DNA from: Hydrurus foetidus
Lineage: Eukaryota
NCBI GenBank assembly: GCA_900617105.1
Contig: UYFQ01000023.1
Coordinates: forward strand, 62,001 to 126,000
Reading direction: 5' to 3'
DNA length: 64,000 bases
The position numbers and the translations under genes are program-made. Under the pieces are notes generated by a model. That model saw only the letters and a list, made by a program, of their open reading frames with translations, was not told the DNA's origin and did not search any database. How positions within the stretch are numbered: position 1 is the first letter of the stretch; each line of letters opens with the position of its first letter. Positions 1 to 10,841 of the stretch are shown here, in pieces.

Positions 1-1411
1 TTTCCAACTCTAGCTTGATGATTTGCTCGATCTGCACCAAGAACCATTTGTCGATCTTGGTGATGTCGTACACCTCGTCCAGCGTCCAGCCGGAGGCAAA
101 GGCATCACCCACGTACCAAATGCGGTCAGGGCCAGGCGCACCCAGTTCTTTTTCCAGCACTTCGCGGTCTTGGGTTTTTTCGTTCATACCGTCCACGCCG
201 ACTTCCAGGCCGCGCAGGGCTTTTTGGAACGACTCTTGGAAGGTACGGCCCATCGCCATCACTTCACCAACCGACTTCATTTGCGTGGTCAGACGCGAAT
301 CGGCAGTGGGGAATTTCTCAAACGCAAAACGTGGAATCTTGGTGACCACGTAGTCGATGCTGGGCTCGAAACTGGCCGGTGTAGCACCGCCCGTGATGTC
401 GTTGCGCAACTCGTCCAGCGTATAGCCAATCGCCAACTTGGCCGCGACCTTGGCAATCGGAAAGCCCGTGGCTTTAGAGGCCAGCGCAGAAGAACGCGAC
501 ACACGCGGGTTCATCTCAATCACTACCATGCGACCATCGACCGGGTTGATGGAGAACTGCACGTTAGAACCGCCGGTGTCAACGCCAATTTCACGCAACA
601 CTGCCAGCGAGGCATTGCGCAGGATTTGGTATTCCTTGTCGGTCAGTGTTTGCGCTGGGGCCACGGTGATCGAGTCACCGGTGTGGACGCCCATCGGGTC
701 TAGATTTTCAATCGAGCACACGATGATGCAGTTGTCCGCTTTGTCGCGCACCACTTCCATCTCGTACTCTTTCCAACCCAAGAGCGACTCTTCAATCAGC
801 AACTCGTTGGTGGGTGAGGCTTCCAAGCCACGCTTGCAAATCGTCTCGAATTCCTCGGCGTTGTAGGCGATACCACCGCCCGTGCCACCCAAAGTGAAGC
901 TGGGGCGAATGACGGTGGGGAAGCCCAAGGTTTTTTGCACAACCCAGGCTTCGTCCATCGTGTGCGCAATACCAGAGCGGGCTGAACCCAGACCGATTTT
1001 GGTCATCGCGTCTTTGAACTTCAGGCGGTCTTCGGCTTTGTCGATGGCCTCAGGCGTGGCACCGATCAGCTCAACCTTGTACTTTTCCAGCACGCCGTGG
1101 TGCCACAAATCCAACGCGCAATTGAGCGCCGTTTGGCCGCCCATCGTGGGCAGGATGGCATCAGGCTTTTCTTTGGCGATGATTTTTTCAACCGTCTGCC
1201 AAGTGATCGGCTCGATGTAGGTCACATCCGCCGTGGCCGGGTCGGTCATGATCGTCGCAGGGTTGCTGTTGATCAAAATGACTTTGTAACCCTCTTCGCG
1301 CAAGGCTTTGCAGGCTTGCACGCCGGAGTAGTCGAACTCACAGGCTTGGCCGATGATGATCGGGCCTGCGCCGATGATGAGGATGGATTTAAGGTCGGTA
1401 CGTTTAGGCAT
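1..1411 (-). CDS. carB: Carbamoyl-phosphate synthase large subunit (N-terminal part; runs off window)
   Basis: ATG at 1411 on - strand reads [42 protein letters not shown], the CarB N-terminus; absent from the ORF track because the stop is outside the window. Confidence 0.97.
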   Translation of the reverse strand, partial: MPKRTDLKSILIIGAGPIIIGQACEFDYSGVQACKALREEGYKVILINSNPATIMTDPATADVTYIEPITWQTVEKIIAKEKPDAILPTMGGQTALNCALDLWHHGVLEKYKVELIGATPEAIDKAEDRLKFKDAMTKIGLGSARSGIAHTMDEAWVVQKTLGFPTVIRPSFTLGGTGGGIAYNAEEFETICKRGLEASPTNELLIEESLLGWKEYEMEVVRDKADNCIIVCSIENLDPMGVHTGDSITVAPAQTLTDKEYQILRNASLAVLREIGVDTGGSNVQFSINPVDGRMVVIEMNPRVSRSSALASKATGFPIAKVAAKLAIGYTLDELRNDITGGATPASFEPSIDYVVTKIPRFAFEKFPTADSRLTTQMKSVGEVMAMGRTFQESFQKALRGLEVGVDGMNEKTQDREVLEKELGAPGPDRIWYVGDAFASGWTLDEVYDITKIDKWFLVQIEQIIKLELE

Positions 1412-1852
1412 TTACTTCGTTTCTTTCTTCATTTCGTCGTACAGGCTTTGCAGCTTTGCAATATCGCCATCAGCACTGGTCATTTCTAAATCATTGGCTT
1501 TTGCGCTGGCTACATGCGCGATGTCAAACGAGCGTTTGTCTGGCTTATGGCCTTTGCTTACTGAAAACCGCCAGAGATCAGCAGCAAGATTCGCCTCTAT
1601 CGTGCGGATTTCATAATTTTCAAATTGGATTAATACATTGGCCAAAGCATCAAACCTTGGTGATTCTGAAGCAGGCACACCGCGTAAAACCTCATAACGA
1701 ACCAACGGCGTTATGGCCAACATCACGTCTGGGTCAGTCAAAAGACTATTGATTCGCTGTATTGCAGCAGTCTTTGTTGCTGGATCAGATGTACCAGCAT
1801 GGTCAAAGGCTTGAATAATCAAATTAGTATCTAACAGCACACCACGCTTCAT
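1412..1852 (-). CDS. PIN-domain (VapC-like) ribonuclease
   Basis: 146 aa; VLLDTNLII...YEVL...SFDIAHVASA...TSADGDI give the acidic PIN tetrad; ATGA overlap with upstream ATPase, stop directly abuts carB ATG. Confidence 0.85.
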   Translation of the reverse strand: MKRGVLLDTNLIIQAFDHAGTSDPATKTAAIQRINSLLTDPDVMLAITPLVRYEVLRGVPASESPRFDALANVLIQFENYEIRTIEANLAADLWRFSVSKGHKPDKRSFDIAHVASAKANDLEMTSADGDIAKLQSLYDEMKKETK

Positions 1853-2988
1853 ACCACTGCACCGTTGTCATTAATCAACGCCAACAGACGCTGCTTGGCC
1901 GACTCTTGAGATTCAGGAGACATGCGCTCGCGCTTTAAGACATTCACATCAACACCAAAGCCTTCACGCAGCACGTCAATCAAGGCTTGCTTATTAGGTG
2001 CAGTAATCAGGTGTGAGCGAACCACGCCGTCAACGTCATCGCGGCGAAGCTGGTAGGCCTCGCCTTCTTCGAGCTGCGTTAGCACCAATGGTGCGTGGGT
2101 TGCTATGAAAAAAGTAGTATTTGGGAACAGTTTTTTGAGCAACAACACAATCTTGCTTTGCCATTCAACGTGCAAATGGCTTTCAATTTCATCAATGAAT
2201 ACATTGCCTTTGACGTGTGTCAAATTAACTTCATTGGTAAAATTGGCATAACCCGAAATAATGGCTTGTAGCAATTTGACCAGTGAGGTGAAACCAGTGC
2301 TCAAATGCCGCAATTCTGTAATAACGCCACTCACTTTCAGAGAAACGTGGTTGGCACCATCAATCTCCATAAATTCGGGGTCATATCGGCTGTCTATCTG
2401 ATTCAGCAACCGCAGCAAAGTATCAATTTCAATTTTTCTGTTGTCGCCCGATTTTTGGTAGGGATTGGTTGACTGTGCCAGCGTCACAAACCATTGTTCC
2501 AAGTTGGCATGCATTCCAAGGCTTGCGAAATGATCTGTCATCCCAGCTTGAATTGACTCGAAGTACCGCGTCCTTCTTTGTTCGAAAGTGCCAATCGCAA
2601 GCCCGGATTGCACCTCATCAGTCGGAATATGACCACGTTCCCCAGCACCCAAGAATACACATGGGAGAGAGAACGCAACCAACTCAGGGCGCGGGCTAAG
2701 AGAGTCAACAACAAACTGCCGTTGATCCTGATACGACCCACGACGCCACACATTAGGCCCAATAAATGCGTTGGCGACGCAGATTTCAGACCGGAATTCG
2801 CTCTTGACAGCGAATGATCGAAAACTCTCATTGCCAAGTAAGTGATCCTGAAACAACGCCTCCAAGCACTTCGTCTTCCCCACCCCATTCGCCCCAAACA
2901 AGGCATAAACCCGCTGGTCAGGTGCAAACGAAAGCTCTACACGGCCAACGCCGCGCAGTCCGTCAAAGGTGTAGGTGGGTTCAGACAT
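1849..2988 (-). CDS. ABC/AAA_15/AAA_21-type ATPase (no transmembrane partner)
   Basis: Walker A GANGVGKT, signature-like LSTG, Walker B VFIDEIESHLH, H-loop ATHAP; SD AAGGAG upstream. Confidence 0.88.
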   Translation of the reverse strand: MSEPTYTFDGLRGVGRVELSFAPDQRVYALFGANGVGKTKCLEALFQDHLLGNESFRSFAVKSEFRSEICVANAFIGPNVWRRGSYQDQRQFVVDSLSPRPELVAFSLPCVFLGAGERGHIPTDEVQSGLAIGTFEQRRTRYFESIQAGMTDHFASLGMHANLEQWFVTLAQSTNPYQKSGDNRKIEIDTLLRLLNQIDSRYDPEFMEIDGANHVSLKVSGVITELRHLSTGFTSLVKLLQAIISGYANFTNEVNLTHVKGNVFIDEIESHLHVEWQSKIVLLLKKLFPNTTFFIATHAPLVLTQLEEGEAYQLRRDDVDGVVRSHLITAPNKQALIDVLREGFGVDVNVLKRERMSPESQESAKQRLLALINDNGAVV

Positions 2989-3010
2989 AGCAACTCCTTG
3001 GGTTCAAGGC

Positions 3011-4201
3011 TTAGCGTGCGCTTTCCATCAAACCCACAAACCGGTCAAACAGATACCCAATATCCTGCGGCCCTGGGGATGCTTCGGGGTGGCCCTGGAA
3101 GCAGAACGAGGGTTTGTCGGTGCGGGCCAAGCCCTGCAAGGTGCCGTCGAACAGGCTGATGTGGGTGGGACGCAGGTTGGCAGGCAGGGTTTTTTCGTCC
3201 ACCGCAAAGCCGTGGTTCTGGCTGGTGATGCTGACGCGGCCATTGTCCAAATCCTTGACCGGGTGGTTTGCGCCGTGGTGGCCGAACTTCATCTTGAAAG
3301 TCTTGGCACCACTGGCCAGTGCCATGATCTGGTGCCCCAGGCAAATGCCAAAGGTGGGGATGCCGGTTTCGATCAGCTCAGCCGCCGCAGCGATGGCGTA
3401 GTCGCAGGGTTCCGGGTCGCCAGGGCCGTTGGAGAGAAAAATGCCATCGGGTTGCAGTTTGAGCACGTCGGCGGCGCTGGTCTGGGCGGGTACCACCGTG
3501 ACTTGGCAACCGCGTTGCGCCAGCATGCGCAGAATGTTCTTTTTAACGCCAAAGTCGTACGCCACCACATGGAAGCGTGGTGCAGTTTGGGTGCCGTAGC
3601 CGGGCTTGCCGTCAGCGTTGAAGAGCATCCACTCAGATTCTGTCCACGCATACGATTCAGACGCGGTGACAACCTTGGCCAGATCCAGGCCAGCCATGCT
3701 GGGCGCTGATTTGGCCGAGGCAATGGCTTGGTCAATCGCGCGTTGGGTGACTTCTGTGCCCGCAGCCAGGCCCACAATGCAACCGTTTTGCGCCCCTTTG
3801 GAACGCAGGATACGGGTCAACTCGCGGGTGTCAATGTCGGCGATAGCGACCGTTTTCTCAGCAATGAGACAGTCCGACAACGTCATCGTCTCGCGGAAGT
3901 TGGAAGACAGCATCGGCAGGTCTTTAACGATGAGGCCTGCGGCATGCACCTTGCCCGACTCCACGTCTTGCGTGTTCACGCCCGTGTTGCCGATATGCGG
4001 GTAGGTCAGTGTGACGATTTGCTGGCAGTAGCTGGGGTCGGTCAGAATTTCTTGGTAGCCGGTCATGGAGGTGTTGAACACCACCTCACCAGATGTTTGA
4101 CCGGTAAAACCAATCGATCGACCGATAAAGACTGTGCCGTCTGCGAGCGCCAAAATGGCGGGAGGAAACTGTGGGGATAGACCCTGTAAGGACAAAAGCA
4201 C
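3011..4201 (-). CDS. carA: Carbamoyl-phosphate synthase small subunit
   Basis: [46 protein letters not shown]. Confidence 0.98.
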   Translation of the reverse strand: MLLSLQGLSPQFPPAILALADGTVFIGRSIGFTGQTSGEVVFNTSMTGYQEILTDPSYCQQIVTLTYPHIGNTGVNTQDVESGKVHAAGLIVKDLPMLSSNFRETMTLSDCLIAEKTVAIADIDTRELTRILRSKGAQNGCIVGLAAGTEVTQRAIDQAIASAKSAPSMAGLDLAKVVTASESYAWTESEWMLFNADGKPGYGTQTAPRFHVVAYDFGVKKNILRMLAQRGCQVTVVPAQTSAADVLKLQPDGIFLSNGPGDPEPCDYAIAAAAELIETGIPTFGICLGHQIMALASGAKTFKMKFGHHGANHPVKDLDNGRVSITSQNHGFAVDEKTLPANLRPTHISLFDGTLQGLARTDKPSFCFQGHPEASPGPQDIGYLFDRFVGLMESAR

Positions 4202-4389
4202 TGGGATCTCCGTTGGATTGCGGGTACGCCCCAGCCGGTTTCAGGCGAGTCCGGTGTGGACTGCTTGCGTGCTGCTTGTGAAGGGAAGTTGCTGCGTGAA
4301 AGACGCTAGGGCGTGCGTATGCGGGTAAGCCCCCTAGTATAACCGAGGGGCTTTGCAAAATCGCCTTAACAGGTGTGCCCTTTTTACTT

Positions 4390-7300
4390 TCAATCCACCC
4401 ACTTACGCGCATTGCGCCACAGCCGCATCCACGGGCTGAAGGCTGCGTCGCCGCCGGATTTTTCCAGATCCGTCCAGCTCATTTGGATGTTGCGGAACAC
4501 CCGTTCCGCGTGCGGCATCATGGCGGTGAAGCGGCCATCGGCGGTGGTCACGGCGGTGAGGCCGCCGGGGCTGCCGTTGGGGTTGGCGGGGTACGCTTCT
4601 GTCGCCGCACCGTGGTTATCCACATAACGCATGGCGCTGAGCACCTTGGACGCATCGCCGCGCTGGGCAAAATTGGCGAAACCTTCGCCGTGCGCGACCG
4701 CTATGGGCAAGCGGCTACCGGCCATGCCTTTGAAGAACAAAGAAGGCGATTCCAGCACTTCGACCATCGACAGGCGGGCCTGGAAGCGCTCGCTCTGGTT
4801 GGTCGTGAAGCGGGGCCATGCCTGCGCACCGGGGATGATGTCGGCCAGCTCGGCAAACATCTGGCAGCCGTTGCACACGCCCAGACCGAACGTGTCAGTC
4901 CGGCCAAAGAACGCGCCGAACTGGTCTGCCAGCACCGGGTTGAACGTGATGGAACGTGCCCAGCCGATACCCGCACCCAGCGTGTCGCCGTAGCTGAAGC
5001 CACCGCAAGCCACGATGCCCTTGAAGTCTTGCAGACGGGCACGGCCTGCCTGCAAATCCGTCATGTGAACGTCGTAAGCCTCAAAGCCCGCTTCGGTGAA
5101 GGCGTAGGCCATCTCGGTGTGCGAGTTCACGCCCTGCTCGCGCAAGATGGCGACTTTGGGACGTGCACCGCTTAAATTCAGGTATGGCGCTGCTACGTTT
5201 TCAGAAGCATCAAACGCAAGCTGGACATTCAGTCCTGGGTTATTAGGCTGACCTACTCCGGCATGCTCAGCATCCGCACCGGCGGGGTTGTCGCGCTGTT
5301 GGCAAATCTTCCAGCTGACACTGTCCCACACCTGGTGCAGGTCTTGCAGCTTGGCGGTGAACACAGCTTTGGTGTCGCGCCAGACTTGAATCTGGCCTTT
5401 GCCCGCCGCGATGGTGGACGACTCGGGGCGGGTTTTGCCGATGGTGTGGCTGTGCTTGGACAAGCCATGTGTCCGCAGCGTTTGCATCACGGTATCGCGG
5501 TCGGCGGTACGCACTTGCAACACCACACCCAGTTCTTCGTTGAACAGCGCTTTGAGCGTCAACTCTTCGCGGCGGGCGCTGACCTGCTGTGCCCAGTTTT
5601 TGCTGTCGCCGTATTCGGCGCGGCTGTCGGCAATGCCGTCGCTTTCCGTGACCAGCATGTCCACGTTCAGCGCCACGCCCACATGACCCGCGAAGGCCAT
5701 TTCGCAGACGGCGGAGAACAAACCACCGTCGCTGCGGTCGTGGAAGGCCAAAATCTGACCTGCTGTGCGCAGGGCGTTCACGGCGTTAACCAAGCGCACG
5801 AGGTCTTGGGCGTCGTCCAAATCAGGCACGGTGTCGCCAACTTGGTTCAGGTTCTGCGCCAAGATGCTGCCCGCCATGCGGTTTTGGCCACGGCCCAAAT
5901 CAATCAACAAAAGCGTGGTGTCCGCCTCGGTGGCGTTGAGCTGGGGCGTGAGCGTGCCGCGCACATCGGCCAGCGTGGCAAAGGCGGTGACGATCAGGCT
6001 GACGGGGGACGTGACTTTCTTTTTGTCACCAGAATCTGTCCACTGCGTGCGCATCGACAGCGAATCTTTGCCCACAGGGATCGAAATCCCCAACGCTGGG
6101 CACAGCTCCATGCCCACGGCTTTCACGGTGTCAAACAGCGCCGCGTCTTCACCCGCTTCGCCACAGGCCGCCATCCAGTTGGCCGACAGCTTGACGCGGG
6201 GCAGCTCGAACGGGGCAGCCAGCAAATTGGTGATGGCCTCGCCAATCGCCATGCGGCCTGAGGCGGCTGCGTTGATGCTGGCCAGCGGCGTGCGCTCGCC
6301 CATGCTCATCGCCTCACCCGCAAAACCTTGGTAATCGGCCAAGGTCACGGCGCAATCGGCCACAGGCACTTGCCAAGGGCCAACCATCTGGTCGCGGTGT
6401 GTCAAGCCACCCACGGTGCGGTCGCCAATGGTGACGAGGAAGCGTTTAGACGCAACGGTAGGGTTCGCCAACACGGCGATGGCGGCGGTTTGCAAATCCA
6501 CGCCGGTCAAATTGACGGGGGCGAACTGGCGAACCACGGTCTTCACATCGCGGTGCATCTTGGGCGGCTTGCCCAGCAACACGTTCATCGGCATGTTGAC
6601 GGGTTGGTCGTCCGCTGCCCGGCTCTCGTCCGCTACCGTCAAATGCCGCTCTTCAGTCGCTACACCCACCACCGCGAACGGGCAGCGCTCGCGTTCGCAA
6701 AAGGCGGTGAACTGCGCAAGAGAAGCCGGTGCGATGGCCATCACGTAACGCTCTTGGCTCTCGTTGCACCAAATTTCCTTGGGTGCGAGGCCACTTTCCT
6801 CCAGCGGAACTTGGCGTAAATCGAAGCGTGCGCCACGGCCTGCGTCGTTGGTCAGTTCAGGGAAGGCGTTGGACAAGCCCCCTGCCCCCACGTCGTGGAT
6901 CGCCAAAATCGGGTTGCCTTCCACGCCCAGCGCCCAGCAATGGTTAATCACCTCTTGCGCCCGGCGCTCAATTTCGGGGTTGCCGCGTTGCACGGAATCA
7001 AAGTCCAGCGACGCAGCATTGGTGCCGGTGGCCATCGAACTCGCCGCACCGCCGCCCATACCGATACGCATGCCCGGCCCGCCCAGCTGAATCAGCAGCG
7101 TGCCTGCGGGGAACAGAATTTTGTGCGTCAATTCCGAATCAATCGTGCCCAGACCGCCTGCAATCATGATGGGCTTGTGGTAGCCCCGGCGGATGCTGTC
7201 CACGTCAGAAGTCACGGTTTGCTCGTACTCGCGGAAGTAACCCAGCAGGTTCGGACGGCCAAATTCGTTGTTGAACGCCGCGCCACCCAGCGGGCCTTCG

Positions 7301-8475
7301 GTCATGATTTGCAGCGGGCTGGCGATGTGCTCAGGGCGGCCATAAGCTTGGTTCACGCCCTCAGCCTCGGGCCACAGCTTGGACACCGTGAAGCCCGTCA
7401 AACCCGCCTTGGGCTTGGAGCCGCGCCCGGTCGCGCCCTCGTCGCGAATCTCGCCGCCCGCCCCCGTGGAGGCACCGGGGAAAGGCGAGATGGCGGTGGG
7501 GTGGTTGTGGGTTTCCACTTTCATCAGCACATGGCTTATAGCGCTCTGCTTTTCATAGCTGCTAACGCTCGTCTGGTTAGCGGTTGATGGCGATTTGGCT
7601 GTAAACCGTTCAACCGCACTGCCTTCCATCACCGAAGCGTTGTCTGAGTACGCCACCACGGTGTGCTGGGGGGCCAGCGCGTGGGTGTTGCGGATCATGC
7701 CGAACATGCTTTTGGCTTGGGGCACGCCGTCGATGGTGAAGTCAGCGTTGAAAATTTTGTGGCGGCAATGCTCGCTGTTGGCCTGCGCGAACATCATCAG
7801 CTCGACATCGGTGGGGTTGCGCTTGAGCGTCTGAAAGGCGTTCAGCAGGTAGCCCATTTCGTCGTCCGCCAACGCCAAGCCAAAACGCAGATTGGCCTCT
7901 TGCAGCGCTTGGCGGTTGTCGGCGGCGTTGGGCGAGAGCACGTTCACATACTCCATCGCGGCGGGTTGCAGCTCGGTGAACAAGCCCAGGGCGAGCGCAC
8001 GGTCGAACATCACGCTTTCGGTCATGCGGTCGTGCAGCAAGGCGGCAAGCTGCTGGCGCTGCGCTGGCGTGGGGGCTTTGCTGGTGGTCAGGTAGTACTC
8101 GGTGATGCGCTCCACACGCTTGAGGACGAGGCCGCCTGGGTGGCTTTGACCACCCATTCCACAATTGTGGGCAATGTCCGTGGCTTTGGATGCCCAGGGC
8201 GACACGGTGCCAAAACGCGGGGTGACAACGATCAACGTCACGTCCGCCGCTTTGGCCGCTGGCGCTGCAGTGAACGGCTCGCCATAGGTCAGCAAAGCGG
8301 CAAGGCGGGACTTGTCTTCGGCCGTAGGCTGCGTATCCGACGCTACCAAATGCACAAAACGCGCTGCCAGTGATTTCACAGCGGGGAAAACCGCTTGCAA
8401 ACGCGGCAAAAGCTGCTGAACACGGAAATCGCTGAGCGCAGCCGCGCCGTCAAATTGGGATAAGTGCAGGGTCAC
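4390..8475 (-). CDS. purL: Phosphoribosylformylglycinamidine synthase (large fused form)
   Basis: 1361 aa; [53 protein letters not shown]. Confidence 0.98.
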   Translation of the reverse strand: MTLHLSQFDGAAALSDFRVQQLLPRLQAVFPAVKSLAARFVHLVASDTQPTAEDKSRLAALLTYGEPFTAAPAAKAADVTLIVVTPRFGTVSPWASKATDIAHNCGMGGQSHPGGLVLKRVERITEYYLTTSKAPTPAQRQQLAALLHDRMTESVMFDRALALGLFTELQPAAMEYVNVLSPNAADNRQALQEANLRFGLALADDEMGYLLNAFQTLKRNPTDVELMMFAQANSEHCRHKIFNADFTIDGVPQAKSMFGMIRNTHALAPQHTVVAYSDNASVMEGSAVERFTAKSPSTANQTSVSSYEKQSAISHVLMKVETHNHPTAISPFPGASTGAGGEIRDEGATGRGSKPKAGLTGFTVSKLWPEAEGVNQAYGRPEHIASPLQIMTEGPLGGAAFNNEFGRPNLLGYFREYEQTVTSDVDSIRRGYHKPIMIAGGLGTIDSELTHKILFPAGTLLIQLGGPGMRIGMGGGAASSMATGTNAASLDFDSVQRGNPEIERRAQEVINHCWALGVEGNPILAIHDVGAGGLSNAFPELTNDAGRGARFDLRQVPLEESGLAPKEIWCNESQERYVMAIAPASLAQFTAFCERERCPFAVVGVATEERHLTVADESRAADDQPVNMPMNVLLGKPPKMHRDVKTVVRQFAPVNLTGVDLQTAAIAVLANPTVASKRFLVTIGDRTVGGLTHRDQMVGPWQVPVADCAVTLADYQGFAGEAMSMGERTPLASINAAASGRMAIGEAITNLLAAPFELPRVKLSANWMAACGEAGEDAALFDTVKAVGMELCPALGISIPVGKDSLSMRTQWTDSGDKKKVTSPVSLIVTAFATLADVRGTLTPQLNATEADTTLLLIDLGRGQNRMAGSILAQNLNQVGDTVPDLDDAQDLVRLVNAVNALRTAGQILAFHDRSDGGLFSAVCEMAFAGHVGVALNVDMLVTESDGIADSRAEYGDSKNWAQQVSARREELTLKALFNEELGVVLQVRTADRDTVMQTLRTHGLSKHSHTIGKTRPESSTIAAGKGQIQVWRDTKAVFTAKLQDLHQVWDSVSWKICQQRDNPAGADAEHAGVGQPNNPGLNVQLAFDASENVAAPYLNLSGARPKVAILREQGVNSHTEMAYAFTEAGFEAYDVHMTDLQAGRARLQDFKGIVACGGFSYGDTLGAGIGWARSITFNPVLADQFGAFFGRTDTFGLGVCNGCQMFAELADIIPGAQAWPRFTTNQSERFQARLSMVEVLESPSLFFKGMAGSRLPIAVAHGEGFANFAQRGDASKVLSAMRYVDNHGAATEAYPANPNGSPGGLTAVTTADGRFTAMMPHAERVFRNIQMSWTDLEKSGGDAAFSPWMRLWRNARKWVD
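5192..5249 (+). repeat. Dispersed fixed-spacing motif, copy in purL (degenerate)
   Basis: GCT ACGTTTTCA GAAGC ATCAAA CGC AAGCTGGACAT TCA GTCCTGGGTTA TTAGGCT. Confidence 0.6.
7543..7600 (+). repeat. Dispersed fixed-spacing motif, copy in purL
   Basis: GCT CTGCTTTTC ATAGC TGCTAA CGC TCGTCTGGTTA GCG GTTGATGGCGA TTTGGCT. Confidence 0.85.
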
Positions 8476-8771
8476 GGGTGGGCCTTGAGAGAGATGTTGA
8501 GAGACAAAGCGAGAGATACAGAAAAGAACCTATGGCCGCGCTGAATGGGCAGACCCCGGTAAACCCTGTATTTTAACGGGCTGGGTTAACGAGCGGAATC
8601 AGCAGAAAACAGCTGTGATGCACAAATGGCAACGCCTGATCCGTGCGATCTATTGATCCGGTGCTGTTTCAATCCATAACGGTCGCTCCACCGACATGAA
8701 TATCACACAATTTGTAACAATCCGATTCGCATTGGTGTTTTCACTCCACAACAAACAGGTTGACTGCTGTT

Positions 8772-8788
8772 ATATTGCACTGCAACAT
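8772..8788. promoter_or_regulatory. Candidate PhaR operator upstream of phaZ
   Basis: ATaTTGCACTGCAAcAT imperfect palindrome with TGC-N3-GCA core, about 25 bp before the phaZ ATG. Confidence 0.5.
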
Positions 8789-8813
8789 TTTTTTGTTAAA
8801 ACCGGATTTCCCC

Positions 8814-10193
8814 ATGCTGTACCAAATTTACGAATCCCAGCGCTCCTTGATGGAGCCTTTTGCTGATTTTTCTCAAGCGACAGCCAAAATGCTGGGCAAT
8901 CCGCTGAGCATGTTCGGCCAAAACCCGTATTTACAGCGCATGTCTGCGGGCTTTGATCTGGTTTATCGACTGGGTAAAGACTACGAAAAGCCCACTTTTG
9001 ACATCCGCACCGTGGAAGTCGATGGCGTGGAAGTCGCCATCCACGAACGCATCGAGCTGAACAAGCCTTTTTGCGAACTGCGCCGCTTCAAGCGTTTTTC
9101 TGACGACACGGACACCCTGGCCAAGCTCAAAGGCCAGCCCGCTGTGTTGATCGTCGCCCCTTTGTCTGGTCACTACGCCACGCTGCTGCGTGACACCGTG
9201 GGCACCATGCTCAAAGACCACAAGGTTTACGTGACAGACTGGCGCAATGCCCGCTTGGTGCCGATGTCTGAAGGTGAGTTTCATCTGGATGACTACATCA
9301 ACTACGTGCAAGAGTTCATCCACCACCTGCAAGGCATTTACGGTAACTGCCATGTGGTGAGCGTATGCCAGCCTACTGTGCCGGTGCTGGCTGCAGTGTC
9401 GCTGATGGCAACGCGTGGTGAAACTACGCCTTTGAGCATGACCATGATGGGTGGCCCGATTGACGCCAGCAAGTCCCCGACTGCCGTCAATAACCTCGCG
9501 ACGAACAAACCCTACTCTTGGTTTGAAAACAACGTGATTTACACCGTGCCGAAGAACTTCCCCGGTGTCGGCCGCCGCGTGTACCCTGGCTTTTTGCAGC
9601 ACACCGGCTTTGTGGCAATGAACCCAGACCGCCACGCGACCAGCCATTACGATTACTTCAAAGACCTGATCAAAGGCGACGATGCCAGCGTAGACGCGCA
9701 CCGCAAGTTCTACGACGAGTACAACGCTGTGCTCGACATGGATGCTGATTACTACCTAGAGACTATCCACACCGTGTTCCAAGACATGAGCTTGGTCAAG
9801 GGTACATGGGATGTGAAGGGCGTGGACGGCCAAGTGACCCGCGTTCGCCCACAAGACATCACCACCAGCGCCCTGCTGACGGTTGAAGGTGAGTTGGACG
9901 ATATTTCTGGCTCTGGCCAAACCCAAGCGGCGCACGGTTTGTGCAGTGGCATCCCTGCTGACAAACAGCAGCACTTGGAAGCCGTAGGCGCAGGACACTA
10001 CGGCATCTTCGCTGGCCGCCGCTGGCGTGAGGTGGTGTACCCCGTGGTGAAAGACTTCATTTTAAAGAACCACTCTGGGACGGGTAAGAAGGCATCTGTG
10101 CAAGCTGCATCAGCGCAAGCAGCTACCGTTTCAGTAGCAGATACCTCCACATCTGCAGCCAACAAACCCAATGGAAAATCGGGCAAGCGCTAA
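8814..10193 (+). CDS. phaZ: Intracellular polyhydroxyalkanoate depolymerase
   Basis: MLYQIYE start, IVAPLSGHYATLLR, VSVCQP catalytic Cys box, TVEGELDDISG, GHYGIF. Confidence 0.93.
   Translation: MLYQIYESQRSLMEPFADFSQATAKMLGNPLSMFGQNPYLQRMSAGFDLVYRLGKDYEKPTFDIRTVEVDGVEVAIHERIELNKPFCELRRFKRFSDDTDTLAKLKGQPAVLIVAPLSGHYATLLRDTVGTMLKDHKVYVTDWRNARLVPMSEGEFHLDDYINYVQEFIHHLQGIYGNCHVVSVCQPTVPVLAAVSLMATRGETTPLSMTMMGGPIDASKSPTAVNNLATNKPYSWFENNVIYTVPKNFPGVGRRVYPGFLQHTGFVAMNPDRHATSHYDYFKDLIKGDDASVDAHRKFYDEYNAVLDMDADYYLETIHTVFQDMSLVKGTWDVKGVDGQVTRVRPQDITTSALLTVEGELDDISGSGQTQAAHGLCSGIPADKQQHLEAVGAGHYGIFAGRRWREVVYPVVKDFILKNHSGTGKKASVQAASAQAATVSVADTSTSAANKPNGKSGKR
10081..10138 (-). repeat. Dispersed fixed-spacing motif, copy in phaZ C-terminal tail
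   Basis: - strand: GCT ACTGAAACG GTAGC TGCTTG CGC TGATGCAGCTT GCA CAGATGCCTTC TTACCCG. Confidence 0.8.
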
Positions 10194-10210
10194 AGCGAGC
10201 TAGAGGCCCG

Positions 10211-10828
10211 TTGATTTCATTGGTCGATCAACTGCTCGGTGCATTGCCGCAAACGCAATGCACCCGCTGTGGCTACCCGGACTGCGCAAGCTACGCCCAG
10301 GCCATAGCGGCGGAGGGTGCAGCTATTAACCAATGCCCCCCCGGCGGGGCAGAGGGTATTGCAAGGCTAGCGGCTATTACCGGCTTGCCAGCTTTGGCAT
10401 TGAGCCCTGTTCATGGGGCTGAAACAACCCGCAGCGTTGTTTTCATTGATGAAAACTGGTGCATAGGCTGCACGCTGTGCATTGCAGTCTGCCCTACTGA
10501 CGCCATCATCGGCACCCATAAAGCGATGCACACCGTGCAAGAAGCCCATTGCACCGGTTGTGAGCTGTGCTTGCCGGTGTGCCCGGTGGACTGCATCGTG
10601 CTGGAAAACGCCAGTGGTCAGTCCACAGCTTGGGCGGCTTGGTCAACAGCGCAAGCGTTAAATGCGCAAGAGCGCTATAAGTTTAAAAGCAAGAGATTGA
10701 ATGTGGACAAGGGTGCATCCACATTACCGGCCCCTGAATCTGCGGCATCGCCAGACAACAAACAAGCCTTGATCACTGCCGCCATGGCCCGCGCCCGCGA
10801 GCGCAGCCAACGCAGCGCCACACCGTAA
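10211..10828 (+). CDS. rnfB: RnfB/RsxB-like iron-sulfur protein (stand-alone)
   Basis: LPQTQCTRCGYPDC, NQCPPGG, two CxxCxxCxxxCP ferredoxin motifs. Confidence 0.85.
   Translation: MISLVDQLLGALPQTQCTRCGYPDCASYAQAIAAEGAAINQCPPGGAEGIARLAAITGLPALALSPVHGAETTRSVVFIDENWCIGCTLCIAVCPTDAIIGTHKAMHTVQEAHCTGCELCLPVCPVDCIVLENASGQSTAWAAWSTAQALNAQERYKFKSKRLNVDKGASTLPAPESAASPDNKQALITAAMARARERSQRSATP
10632..10690 (-). repeat. Dispersed fixed-spacing motif, copy in rnfB (1-bp longer spacer)
   Basis: - strand: GCT TTTAAACTT ATAGC GCTCTTG CGC ATTTAACGCTT GCG CTGTTGACCAA. Confidence 0.78.
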
Positions 10829-10841
10829 GCGCGTCGGGGGC

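Noticed and set aside
4327..4353. AAGCCCC/GGGGCTT inverted repeat around a TATACT upstream of carA
   Set aside because: Could be an operator or purL 3' hairpin, but there is no good -35 or other support
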